Source: Bacteroidota bacterium
Lineage (GTDB): Bacteria; Bacteroidota; Bacteroidia; Bacteroidales; CG2-30-32-10
Assembly (NCBI GenBank): GCA_013377115.1
Contig: JACAAW010000004.1
Span: 2,521 to 66,520 of the forward strand
Reading direction: 5' to 3'
DNA: 64,000 nt
Shown here: positions 26,060 to 35,786 of the stretch, piece by piece
How the letters are laid out: every line of letters begins with the position of its first letter
Position numbering within the stretch: position 1 is the first letter of the stretch
Position numbers and translations under genes: made by a program
The notes under the pieces: generated by a model
What the model was told of the DNA's origin: nothing
Databases searched by the model: none
The model's input: only the letters and a program-made list of their open reading frames with translations

Positions 26060-26923
26060 ATGAAAAAGAACTATTTTAAAATTTTATTTACCACATTTGT
26101 AATCTGTTTTTTTGCGAACAACCTTTCTGCTCAAGGAGTATTTGTAAAAGTCAATGTGGGTTATGGCTTTGGTATAGGAACTCAAACATGGATGAATAAT
26201 TCTACCCGTAATGTCAATTCAGTAACAGGTGTTAATACTGGCACTGAAGAAGCTGTTAAAATTTCTTTAGGAAAGGGGTTAAATTTTGCCGGTACGATAG
26301 GAGCAATGTTCAATAAAAATGTTGGAGCAGAGCTTGGTATCAATTATTTAATTGGTGGAAAAACAACTTGCAAAGATGAATACAATTACACAGGAAATTT
26401 AATTATTCCTTCTTATACAAGAACCACTGAAAATATTTTTTCAGCTAATATGCTAAAAATAAATCCTTCAATTTTAGTTACATCAGGTTCAAAAGAAATC
26501 GATCCTTATGCAAAATTTGGAATTGTGCTTGGATTTGGATCAGCAACATCTGAACGTACAGAAACGTATTCTTCTGGCGATATTAATGAGTCTGCATTTA
26601 AATATAGCGGCGGAATGTCAATTGGTATTACTTCTGCATTTGGAGTTAATTTCAATTTAAATAAAAATATGGCCATTTTTGGAGAATTAAATATGACTAA
26701 TCTGTCATACGCTCCCAAAAAAGGAATTTATCTTAAATATTCAGAAAATGGTGTTGACCAATTAGCGACCATGACAACAATTGAAAAAGAAGTTGAGTAC
26801 GTTGATTCATACACCTATGATTCTAGTGTGGCTGCTAATGTTACTCAACCGGACAAACAAACATCTATCAAATTACCTTTCAGTAGTTTAGGTATTAATT
26901 TGGGTATTAAGATTAAACTATAA
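26060..26923 (+). CDS. Outer-membrane beta-barrel protein (OmpA-like/porin family)
   Basis: Signal peptide; amphipathic strands (VNVGYGFG, PYAKFG, AIFGEL, LGINLGIKIKL). Confidence 0.8.
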   Translation: MKKNYFKILFTTFVICFFANNLSAQGVFVKVNVGYGFGIGTQTWMNNSTRNVNSVTGVNTGTEEAVKISLGKGLNFAGTIGAMFNKNVGAELGINYLIGGKTTCKDEYNYTGNLIIPSYTRTTENIFSANMLKINPSILVTSGSKEIDPYAKFGIVLGFGSATSERTETYSSGDINESAFKYSGGMSIGITSAFGVNFNLNKNMAIFGELNMTNLSYAPKKGIYLKYSENGVDQLATMTTIEKEVEYVDSYTYDSSVAANVTQPDKQTSIKLPFSSLGINLGIKIKL

Positions 26924-26985
26924 AAAAATCATTTCAATATTATTTAGGACTAAAACAATAAGTTTGATTTCTTTCTAATAGCATC

Positions 26986-29931
26986 CTATTTTGCATTTTT
27001 CAACGCATCATAAATCACTTCATGGATATTGGTGCGAATATTCATTTCAGTAATTTTGAAATTATTGGGATCTGGATATGTTCTATTTGATAGAAAAATA
27101 TAAATCAAATTTTCTTTGGGATCCACCCAAAAATAAGTTCCTGTAAATCCTGAATGTCCATAACTTTCAGGTGAAACACTTTTGCAGGCAGGACTTCCTT
27201 TTCCGGACAAACCTGGTTTGTCAAATCCCAATCCTCTTCGATTATTATTTTCTGGAAACTGGCATTTTGTCCATTCGGTTATTGTTGATTTATTAAGATA
27301 TTTTTTTCCGGCATATTCCCCACCCTGCAATAACATTTGAAATAATTTCGCTAAATCATTTGCTGACGAGAACAAACCTGCATGACCACTAACGCCACCA
27401 AGCATCGCAGCACCCTGGTCATTTACATCTCCCCAAATAGTTTGTTTTCTGAATTCATTATCAACTTCTGTCGGAATGATTCGTGATAGATCAAATTTAT
27501 TTCGGGGCTGAAAACAAGTCGTTGTCATTCCCAATGGTTTATAAAACCTCAAATCAGCATATTCATCTAATTTCTTATTGGTAATGGTTTCTACAACTTT
27601 TCTCATGATATAAAAACCTAAATCACTATACAAATATTCTTTCGCCTTCTGCAGAGGAGATTCAATAATAGTTTTCATTATGGTATCGATATATGCTTCT
27701 GACATATACAAACTATCAGCAACTCTATTTGGGAATCCTTTTGAATAAACTTTTTTATAAATATTTGTGTCAACCTTTCCTTCTTTTATGGTACTTTTAT
27801 AAAAAGGAATCCACGCTTTCAACTTTGCTTGATGGGTTAAAACGTCACGTATCAATAAATCAGCTTTGTTAGTTCCGCTGAAATATGGAAGATATCGTTC
27901 TAATTTTTTATCAAGGTCAAGCTTCTTTTTATCATACAAATTCATTGCTGAAATCGTTGTTGCAACAATTTTTGTTACCGAAGCCAAATCATATAAATCA
28001 TTGTCTTTTACAGGAGTTTTGTTTTCGTAGGTGTGAAAGCCGAATGACTTCTGATAAAAAATCTTTCCATCCTTTACAGCAAGTATCTGACAGCCAGGAA
28101 AAGCCTTGGCCAAAATCGCACTATTTACAATAGAATCAATTTTTGCGAGTTTTTTTGAGGAAATATTTAATTCCTCTGGTAATGAATATTTTAATCTAAA
28201 TCCCGATTTTGTTTCAAAACCTGTATTTATTGGATATTCAACACAGGCAGTAATTGGCAATTTCCCTTTAGCTCCAACTGCTCCAAAAATAATTTCGGCC
28301 GAAATCTTTCCAGCAAATTGATTGTCCTGATAAGAAATCAACATCGCTTCAATATTTTTAATTCCTGTAAAACGAGGCAAACAATATGGATTGGCAAAAA
28401 TATCGAGGATAATTTTCGATTTTTTACTTAAAGAATCAATAAAATCAATGGAAGGTTGCGTAATTCCAAATTGTTTATTTGCAAATATGTTGGTATTGTG
28501 TAATCCTATAATGATTAAATCATATTTAGAAAGTAAGTTCTGCATTGAATCTGCAAGTTCTTTTTTCGGAAGTTTTGAAATATTAAATGCATCCAAAGTT
28601 GCATAATTGCATAAATAATTTTGAAAAGTTTTAGGTAAGGTATCACCAATTGATAAAAATGCAAGTTTTTGAATTTCAATATTTTTTAATGGAATAATTT
28701 CATTATTATTTTTTACGACTGTAATGGCATTTTCATAAAGTTGCTGTTGTAATAAATTTGCTTCAGGAGAATTTAAGTCAGAATACAAATTCTCCAATTT
28801 TACTGGAATGAACTTATTCAGACCTAATTGTTTTTTATAAAGAAGCTGCTTTTTACATTTTTCTTCAACTAATTTTGAGGAAATTACACCGTCATCAATT
28901 GCTTTTTGAATTTCGGTTACGGCTGCTGGCACATTTTGAGGAAGTAAAAGAATGTCATTTCCGGCCATTAGAGCTTTTAATTCAATAAAACCAGGTTTAT
29001 TATATTTGCTAACTCCTTTCATATCCAATGCATCCGTGAAAACAAATCCCTTGAACCCAAGTTTTTCCTTCAACAAACCTGTAACTATTTTTTTAGATAA
29101 GGTGGATGCAGAATTTTTGGTTGTATCCAATGATGGAATATGCAAATGAGCCACCATAACGCTTCCTAAACCATTTTTCATCAATTCTTTGAACGGATAT
29201 AAATCCAAAGTATCTATTATTTCATAAGAATGGTTAATTATCGGTAAGGCCAAATGAGAATCAGTATCGGTGTCACCATGCCCAGGAAAATGCTTTCCAC
29301 AAGCTAAAACACCAACATCTTGCATCCCTTTCATGTAGGCGATTCCTTTTTTAGCAACTTTGTATTTATTTTCGCCAAATGATCGTATGTTAATTACCGG
29401 ATTTGCCGGATTACTATTGATATCGATAACTGGAGCAAAATTTACATTGATTCCGATTCTTTTACATTCATTGCCGATTTCAACTCCCATTTTGTAAATT
29501 AAACTATCATATTGAACGGCACCTAATGTCATTTGTCTTGGAAATGAAATAGTACTATCCAAACGCATTCCCAAACCCCATTCTCCATCAATAGAAATCA
29601 GCATCGGAATATCAAGCATTCCTTGTAAAGTATTGGTTAATTTTGCTTGCTTTAATGGACTGCTACCTTTAAAAAAGCATACTCCACCAACTTTGTAATC
29701 GCAGGTAAGTTTCAAAATTTCGCGGTAATAGGCATCATCTTTATCAGATAATACCCGAATCATAAAAAGCTGCCCAATTCGCTCGAATGGCGACAGTTTA
29801 TTGTATACCGAATCAACCCAAAGGCTATCCTTTTTATCTGGAGTAATTGGAAAGGTTGAAACTGAAAAACATTTAAAAAAACTAATGAATATAAGACTAA
29901 TACACAAAAGACATTTGAAAAAAAAGCTCAT
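26986..29931 (-). CDS. GH3 beta-N-acetylglucosaminidase fused to a class C beta-lactamase-like serine hydrolase
   Basis: SIDGEWG, KHFPGHGD (NagZ-type GH3); LASVTK (SxxK), YSDLG, GHSGFTG. Confidence 0.9.
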   Translation of the reverse strand: MSFFFKCLLCISLIFISFFKCFSVSTFPITPDKKDSLWVDSVYNKLSPFERIGQLFMIRVLSDKDDAYYREILKLTCDYKVGGVCFFKGSSPLKQAKLTNTLQGMLDIPMLISIDGEWGLGMRLDSTISFPRQMTLGAVQYDSLIYKMGVEIGNECKRIGINVNFAPVIDINSNPANPVINIRSFGENKYKVAKKGIAYMKGMQDVGVLACGKHFPGHGDTDTDSHLALPIINHSYEIIDTLDLYPFKELMKNGLGSVMVAHLHIPSLDTTKNSASTLSKKIVTGLLKEKLGFKGFVFTDALDMKGVSKYNKPGFIELKALMAGNDILLLPQNVPAAVTEIQKAIDDGVISSKLVEEKCKKQLLYKKQLGLNKFIPVKLENLYSDLNSPEANLLQQQLYENAITVVKNNNEIIPLKNIEIQKLAFLSIGDTLPKTFQNYLCNYATLDAFNISKLPKKELADSMQNLLSKYDLIIIGLHNTNIFANKQFGITQPSIDFIDSLSKKSKIILDIFANPYCLPRFTGIKNIEAMLISYQDNQFAGKISAEIIFGAVGAKGKLPITACVEYPINTGFETKSGFRLKYSLPEELNISSKKLAKIDSIVNSAILAKAFPGCQILAVKDGKIFYQKSFGFHTYENKTPVKDNDLYDLASVTKIVATTISAMNLYDKKKLDLDKKLERYLPYFSGTNKADLLIRDVLTHQAKLKAWIPFYKSTIKEGKVDTNIYKKVYSKGFPNRVADSLYMSEAYIDTIMKTIIESPLQKAKEYLYSDLGFYIMRKVVETITNKKLDEYADLRFYKPLGMTTTCFQPRNKFDLSRIIPTEVDNEFRKQTIWGDVNDQGAAMLGGVSGHAGLFSSANDLAKLFQMLLQGGEYAGKKYLNKSTITEWTKCQFPENNNRRGLGFDKPGLSGKGSPACKSVSPESYGHSGFTGTYFWVDPKENLIYIFLSNRTYPDPNNFKITEMNIRTNIHEVIYDALKNAK

Positions 29932-29970
29932 TCTTTATTTCGTTTACTATTATATTCTTTTTAGTTAATA

Positions 29971-30819
29971 TTATTTGCCTACAGCTTTCACAACAGTTTT
30001 TGTATAATCTAATTCAGAACCAAGAACACTATGAGGCACTAAATAAACTGCAATTAAAACTATGGAAGCAATGATAGCCCATTTTCTATTTTCCTTATTC
30101 TTCCACAATTTATAAATTGCAATAACCCAAAACAACAAAGCCACTGCAGTTTTATTATCGGTTAAATCATGACCAAATGGCCAACCTGTCCAATAAGCAC
30201 CAAATGCATATTTTTGCATAATTGGACCAAGAATACCACCAGCTAATGTCAAACAAATTACAGTAACAATGGCATAAGCAAATGTATTTTTACCTTTATA
30301 GATCGCGTTTAAACCAGTTCTGGTTGAAAATAAAAATGCTCCAAAAATAAAAATGATATGTGGCAATAAAACCCAAAGAGGAACTGGTCCTTTATATCGA
30401 ATAATAGTTGGGTCCTCCTTAACATAAATACCTTTTGGATCAGCATCGGTGTATAAATTAACTTTGTAGAAAATTTTTCCAGCTGGATCCTGGTGAGGAA
30501 CCAATCCAATTAATTCATCTCCTACCCTTTTCATTTCAACGATGCTCAATGTGTCAGCACCTTTTGCCCAGGTATCGCCTTTTTTAAATCTTTTTGATTC
30601 AAATTTCCCTTTAATAGCAGTATTTGGGGCTTTAATCTTTACTTCCTGATCTCCAGCTGCATCAGAAGTACGCAATAATTTATACTTTACTTCTGAATTT
30701 GAATATTGTAAATGACCCGTAACAGGATAAGTTGGCCCTGTATATCTTTGATAAATAACAAAGCACATTGTAAAAATGACTGCTATTACCCATAGTAATA
30801 CTGATTTTCCTTTTGACAT
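29971..30819 (-). CDS. Conserved multi-pass membrane protein of unknown function
   Basis: About 5 TM helices; YQR.TGPTYP and WTGWPFG.DLTDNKT motifs. Confidence 0.8.
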   Translation of the reverse strand: MSKGKSVLLWVIAVIFTMCFVIYQRYTGPTYPVTGHLQYSNSEVKYKLLRTSDAAGDQEVKIKAPNTAIKGKFESKRFKKGDTWAKGADTLSIVEMKRVGDELIGLVPHQDPAGKIFYKVNLYTDADPKGIYVKEDPTIIRYKGPVPLWVLLPHIIFIFGAFLFSTRTGLNAIYKGKNTFAYAIVTVICLTLAGGILGPIMQKYAFGAYWTGWPFGHDLTDNKTAVALLFWVIAIYKLWKNKENRKWAIIASIVLIAVYLVPHSVLGSELDYTKTVVKAVGK

Positions 30820-30840
30820 ATTTGTTTTTTTTTTTAGTTT

Positions 30841-31818
30841 TTATTTTATTTTTTTGAAAATAAATTCAACGGTGGCACCTTTTTTAAAAGTAGCAATAAT
30901 CAAATTCGAAATTACGAAAAAAGGAAATAAACTGATGAAAAATATTTTTTGAAAAACAATATTTAGTTTACCATACTCCTTTGCATAATTATTATTGCCT
31001 TTTAAACGTTCAAAAAGAACCTCACGTTTTTCACATAATTTATTTAAAATACTTTGAATCATCCCGAAAGGATTTTGTTCAATTGAAGAATAATTCTCAT
31101 GAACCAATTCAAATCCCAATTGTTTCATCAACATTTTAAAATCTATTGGGGCAAAAAAGAATAAATGTCTAGGAGGATCCAAGTGAAGCCATTTTCCTTT
31201 AAAAAATTTGCTTTGCCAACTATCAATATTGGGAAATGAAACCACAAACAATCCATCTTTTTTAAGTATTTCAGAAACAATCTCTAAAGTTTCTTTTGGC
31301 TGAGTAAGATGCTCAAAAACATGAAACATACTAACTGCATCCAAAGAAGATTCCGGAAAATCCTTTTGATCAATTGTTCCAACTTTCAGGTTAATTTCTT
31401 TAATTCTGGCTGCTCTTTTCGCTGAATTCCCTTCCAACTCAACTCCAAATAATTTAAAATCACCATAATTCAATAATGAACTTAAAAATCTACCATTTCC
31501 ACAACCAATATCAAGAACAGATGCACCATTTGGAAGTTTTTTTGTGAGTAAAACGGCTCTTTTCTTTCTAAAAAAATCCATGGCTTTTTCAAAAATGCCT
31601 TCAAATTTCTCTTCTTTTTCTCCGTAATAAGATTCGCTATAGGCTTCAGCTAATTGCTCTTGGGTTGGATTGGGCGCCAGGAAAAAAGCGCTGCATTCAT
31701 TGCATTGATGAATATTAAATTTACTCTCAAAAATATCAATGGTCGAATATTTGAAACTGCTATTATCAGATTTACAATAAGTACATTCAGACTTCATTTC
31801 AATAATCATCGATAACAC
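30841..31818 (-). CDS. Class I SAM-dependent methyltransferase
   Basis: N-terminal CxxC...CxxC, VLDIGCGNG, MFHVFEH, HLDPPRH; start may be ATG 31809 or 31797. Confidence 0.88.
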   Translation of the reverse strand: MLSMIIEMKSECTYCKSDNSSFKYSTIDIFESKFNIHQCNECSAFFLAPNPTQEQLAEAYSESYYGEKEEKFEGIFEKAMDFFRKKRAVLLTKKLPNGASVLDIGCGNGRFLSSLLNYGDFKLFGVELEGNSAKRAARIKEINLKVGTIDQKDFPESSLDAVSMFHVFEHLTQPKETLEIVSEILKKDGLFVVSFPNIDSWQSKFFKGKWLHLDPPRHLFFFAPIDFKMLMKQLGFELVHENYSSIEQNPFGMIQSILNKLCEKREVLFERLKGNNNYAKEYGKLNIVFQKIFFISLFPFFVISNLIIATFKKGATVEFIFKKIK

Positions 31819-32571
31819 TTATTTTGTAGGGTTTGAATAAATAGAATATTTTGCGATGCCTATTCTCTGGAAAAAATGCTTTATTGAAGTCTTCATAACG
31901 CCCAACCCATAAACAACACTCCTTTTGAAATTTATTGAGGATGCTTCAGTAAAGTATTTTGTTGGACAAGAAACTTCGCCAATATGGTATCCAGCATAAA
32001 CTATTTGGGAAAGCATTTGGTTATCAAAAACAAAATCATCAGAATTGGCATGGTAATTAATATTTTCTAAAACATCTCTAGAAAAAGCACGATAACCCGT
32101 GTGATATTCAGATATTTTTTCATTAATCAAAATATTTTGAAACAAAGTAAGGAAACGATTTGCCAAATATTTATAATAAGGCATTCCACCTGCTAAAGCA
32201 CCTTTTCCTAAAATCCGAGAACCCAAAACCACAGGAAATAGGTCATTGGCAATCAAAAACGCCATTGATGGAATTAATTTCGGTGTATATTGATAATCAG
32301 GATGCAGCATGACAACAATATCTGCATTTAAACAAAGTGCTTTGTCATAGCACGATTTCTGATTGCCACCATAACCTTTGTTTTCTTGATGACGAATAAT
32401 ATGTTTTATTCCAATTCTGGCGGCAACTTCAATAGTATCGTCTACACTGGCATCGTCAACAACTATCACATCATCAACAATATCGAAAGGAATTTCATTA
32501 TAGGTAACTTCTAAAGTTTTTCCGGCATTGTATGCAGGTAAAACGACAACCAGCTTTTTGTTATTGATCAT
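31819..32571 (-). CDS. GT2 glycosyltransferase (DPM1-like)
   Basis: VVLPAYN, VVDDASVD, NKGYGG, HPDYQY, GSR, HTGYRAF motifs. Confidence 0.92.
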   Translation of the reverse strand: MINNKKLVVVLPAYNAGKTLEVTYNEIPFDIVDDVIVVDDASVDDTIEVAARIGIKHIIRHQENKGYGGNQKSCYDKALCLNADIVVMLHPDYQYTPKLIPSMAFLIANDLFPVVLGSRILGKGALAGGMPYYKYLANRFLTLFQNILINEKISEYHTGYRAFSRDVLENINYHANSDDFVFDNQMLSQIVYAGYHIGEVSCPTKYFTEASSINFKRSVVYGLGVMKTSIKHFFQRIGIAKYSIYSNPTK

Positions 32572-32594
32572 TTATTTTTGATGTGATATTAAAA

Positions 32595-32602
32595 CAAAAG
32601 TA
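32595..32602 (-). promoter_or_regulatory. -7 promoter box of the GT2 operon
   Basis: TACTTTTG on the minus strand. Confidence 0.45.
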
Positions 32603-32690
32603 CAAAAATTTTAAAATTCACCAAATCGAAATTGTTAATAAATTCTAATGAAATCTATAAAACAGCTATACTTTTGATTGAAAGAGTGAA

Positions 32691-32698
32691 TATATTTG
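32691..32698 (+). promoter_or_regulatory. -7 promoter box of the TPR gene
   Basis: TATATTTG upstream of ATG 32732. Confidence 0.5.
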
Positions 32699-32731
32699 TA
32701 AAAAAATCAATTTCAATTTTCAAATAAATCA

Positions 32732-34009
32732 ATGATAAGAAAATATATAGTTTTTGCATTCCTTCTTATTTTTCAATTTGCGTCCTATTCTCAAACTGCT
32801 AATGACATGTTTGATGCGGGAATGGAAAAATCGAAAAAAGGTTTGCTCAACGAAGCCATAGTTGATTTTACTAAAGTTGTTGATAAAAGTCCCTATTTCT
32901 ATGACGCCTATCTAGAAAGAGGCAAATGCAATTTTGCACTTGGAAAAAAAGATGCTGCCATTGCTGATTTTACCAAAGCAATTGAAAAAAAAGCCGATTA
33001 TCACCATGCATTTTTTCAAAGAGGAATTGTTTACGCAGATTTAGGAAATGATAAAGCTGCCCTTGCTGATTTCGCCAAAGTAATTGAATTAAAACCTAAA
33101 TTTTTTGAAGCCTATTCAAAAAGAGGTTTATTAAATTTAAAAGCAAATAAAAATGATTTGGCAATTGCGGATTATTCAAAAGCAATTGAATTAAATGCCA
33201 AGGAAGGCGACTATTATTACAATAGAGCATTTGCCTATAAAGCCTTATTAAAAGAAGATTTGGCAATTTCTGATTTAAATAAAGCAATAGAAATAAAACC
33301 TGGCTTGGCCAATGCTTTTTACGAAAGAGCGATACTTTTAGATAAAAAGAATCAAATTCCCGCTGCGATTATAGATTATTCGAAGGCAATAGAACTAAAA
33401 ATTGCCAATCAGGACGTTTTTAAACGTCGTGCTTATGCTTATTTTAAAACTCAGAAATATGCTGAAGCCATTAAAGATCTCAGCAAATTAATTGATGAAT
33501 TCAAAACTAAAGAGGCTGAAATTTATACCTATAGAGGAATTTCATATAATAATACTGCAAATTATCCTGCGGCAATTAAAGATTTTTCCAAGGCAACGAC
33601 TTTGAATCCAAAAAACGAAGTAAATTTTATTCAACGTGGCGTTTCTTACATGAAAACCAACAAAACTCAGCAAGCAATTGTCGATTTTTCGAAGTCAATT
33701 AATATAAATCCAGATAATCCAGACAGTTATTCTAATCGTGCTGAACTTTATACCAAGCAAAAAAAATATGAATTGGCTATTGAGGATTATAATAAATCCT
33801 TGAAATTGAAGCCAGATGCAGAGAATTATTTTTTAAGAGGTGGCTGTAAAGAAATAATGGGAAATAGTGATGGAGCCTGCGAAGATTTGAACTTAGCAGC
33901 CAATTTGGGCCATAAAAAAGCAAAATCTTTGTTGGACAAATGTATTTCTGCAGGAGATAAAAAAAGTCGTGAAAAGAATAATAATAATTCGAAAAATATT
34001 TATAAGTAA
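32732..34009 (+). CDS. Tetratricopeptide-repeat protein with signal peptide
   Basis: Many tandem 34-aa TPR units (AI.D(F/Y).KAIEL...AY..RG). Confidence 0.92.
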   Translation: MIRKYIVFAFLLIFQFASYSQTANDMFDAGMEKSKKGLLNEAIVDFTKVVDKSPYFYDAYLERGKCNFALGKKDAAIADFTKAIEKKADYHHAFFQRGIVYADLGNDKAALADFAKVIELKPKFFEAYSKRGLLNLKANKNDLAIADYSKAIELNAKEGDYYYNRAFAYKALLKEDLAISDLNKAIEIKPGLANAFYERAILLDKKNQIPAAIIDYSKAIELKIANQDVFKRRAYAYFKTQKYAEAIKDLSKLIDEFKTKEAEIYTYRGISYNNTANYPAAIKDFSKATTLNPKNEVNFIQRGVSYMKTNKTQQAIVDFSKSININPDNPDSYSNRAELYTKQKKYELAIEDYNKSLKLKPDAENYFLRGGCKEIMGNSDGACEDLNLAANLGHKKAKSLLDKCISAGDKKSREKNNNNSKNIYK

Positions 34010-34054
34010 AAGCTTAAATATTAATGTCTTCGATTGTTCCTCTCTTTGAATGAC

Positions 34055-34146
34055 GTCATTGCGAATTCGCCATTTAGCGTATGAAGCAATCTCAAAAGGA
34101 CGGTAATTAATTTAGATTGCTTCTGTCGTTCCTCCATCGCAATGAC
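34055..34146. repeat. Nested palindromic REP/RPE-like element
   Basis: GTCATTGCGA...GAAGCAATCT...AGATTGCTTC...TCGCAATGAC between convergent genes. Confidence 0.8.
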
Positions 34147-34203
34147 GCAAATGAGAATTCGCAATCATAAAATAAATCATGACTAATAGCAAAATTAAAG
34201 GTA

Positions 34204-35769
34204 TTATTTCTGTTTAATTTTCCGAACACAGTCAATCACAGTCCCATCGACCCATTTCACGATTGCTACGATTTCATCTTCGAACTCAATTTTTGCGGGA
34301 ACTCCACAAATTTTTTCTGCTTCATCCTTCAATTCTCGAATGGTTTTGATTGGCAAATCAGAGTTTTTCAATTTTTCAATGAGATCTTTTCGGAGTGGAT
34401 TTATTGCAATTCCTCTTTCAGTAACTATTACATCGATCAATTCTCCAGGGCCACAAATGGTAGTTACCTCATCACGAATCACAGGAATGCGGTCTCTAAA
34501 AAGTGGAATTGGTAAAATGGTGCATTTAGAAAACAAACAATTCTGCCAGCCACCAATACCGTGTAAAAGAACTCCATCCGAATGTGTTACAACATTTGCA
34601 TTGAAGTTTAAATCAACTTCTGTTGCACCAAGAATGGTAATATCAACCAATTGGGCAAAATTTCCTTTTCCATGGTAATTATATGATGTAAACGGACTCG
34701 TATTAACATGGTTTGGATTTTCGCGCATCGATTTCACGCCATCCAAATCAAATGTTTGTCCATCTAAAATAAATTCGAGCAAACCTTCGTCCAGCATATT
34801 TACAAGGTATTTATTGCTACCTCCTCTTGCAAAACGAGCTTTCATTCCTCTATCTCTGAGGATATCGGCGAAATAAATCCCAATTGACAATGCTGTTCCG
34901 CCAGCACCAGCCTGGAAAGAAAAACCATCTCTGATAATTCCTGCCTGGTCACAAAATTTGGCAGTCATTTCGGCCAATAACAATCTATCTGGACTTTTTG
35001 TAACTTCAGTTGTTCCGGAAACAATTTTTTCTGGAATTCCAACTTGCTCAACCTGAACAACGTAATCCACATTATTTCCTTGAATTTGCCATGGAATACA
35101 TGGAAAAGGAATTAAATTATCAGTAACAACAATCACTTTATCCGCATATTCAGAATCAGCAAGAGCAAAACCAATTAAACCACAAGCGGCTGGACCATCA
35201 ACTCCATTTGCATTTCCGAAAGGATCTGCAGTTGGTGATGCAATAACAGCAATATCAATATGAACATCGCCATCTTGAACAGCTTGATACCTTCCACCAT
35301 GTGAACGAAGAACTCCAACACCTTTCATCAATCCTTTCGAAGTGAAACGACCAAGTGAGCCATTCATACTTCCTTCAATATGATGAATTGTTCCGTCTTC
35401 TAAATATTTTATTAAAGGCGAATGGCATTCAAATGATGCCGAAGGATACCAAACTAAATCTTTAATTCCCATTTCGGCAGCAATATCAAAAATTTGAACT
35501 GCAATTAAATCACCATTTCTAAAATGATGATGCGTAGAAATGGTCATACCATCCTTTAAACCAGATTTTATCAGAGCTTCTTTTAAAGAAGGAATTAATT
35601 TATTTCCGTCACTGGGATAATCAGCACAAGTAGAAATTAATTGAGCGTATTTTCTTCCTTGAGGACGATATTTTCCAACACCCATATATGGAACAACTGG
35701 TTTTCCGTTAACTTCTGTAGGAACTAATTTACCAATTGCATTTTTTACTAATCCGTCAGTTTTTTTCAT
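34204..35769 (-). CDS. citF: Citrate lyase alpha chain (citrate CoA-transferase)
   Basis: GLKDGMTISTHHHFRNGD, RSHGGR, FSFQAGAGG, LGATEVD.NFN.NV motifs; start reassigned to ATG 35769. Confidence 0.93.
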   Translation of the reverse strand: MKKTDGLVKNAIGKLVPTEVNGKPVVPYMGVGKYRPQGRKYAQLISTCADYPSDGNKLIPSLKEALIKSGLKDGMTISTHHHFRNGDLIAVQIFDIAAEMGIKDLVWYPSASFECHSPLIKYLEDGTIHHIEGSMNGSLGRFTSKGLMKGVGVLRSHGGRYQAVQDGDVHIDIAVIASPTADPFGNANGVDGPAACGLIGFALADSEYADKVIVVTDNLIPFPCIPWQIQGNNVDYVVQVEQVGIPEKIVSGTTEVTKSPDRLLLAEMTAKFCDQAGIIRDGFSFQAGAGGTALSIGIYFADILRDRGMKARFARGGSNKYLVNMLDEGLLEFILDGQTFDLDGVKSMRENPNHVNTSPFTSYNYHGKGNFAQLVDITILGATEVDLNFNANVVTHSDGVLLHGIGGWQNCLFSKCTILPIPLFRDRIPVIRDEVTTICGPGELIDVIVTERGIAINPLRKDLIEKLKNSDLPIKTIRELKDEAEKICGVPAKIEFEDEIVAIVKWVDGTVIDCVRKIKQK

Positions 35770-35786
35770 TTCACTAAAAATAAATA

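Noticed and set aside
26986-28200. Beta-lactamase resistance gene
   Set aside because: The SxxK domain is fused to a NagZ-type GH3, a common Bacteroidota peptidoglycan-recycling architecture
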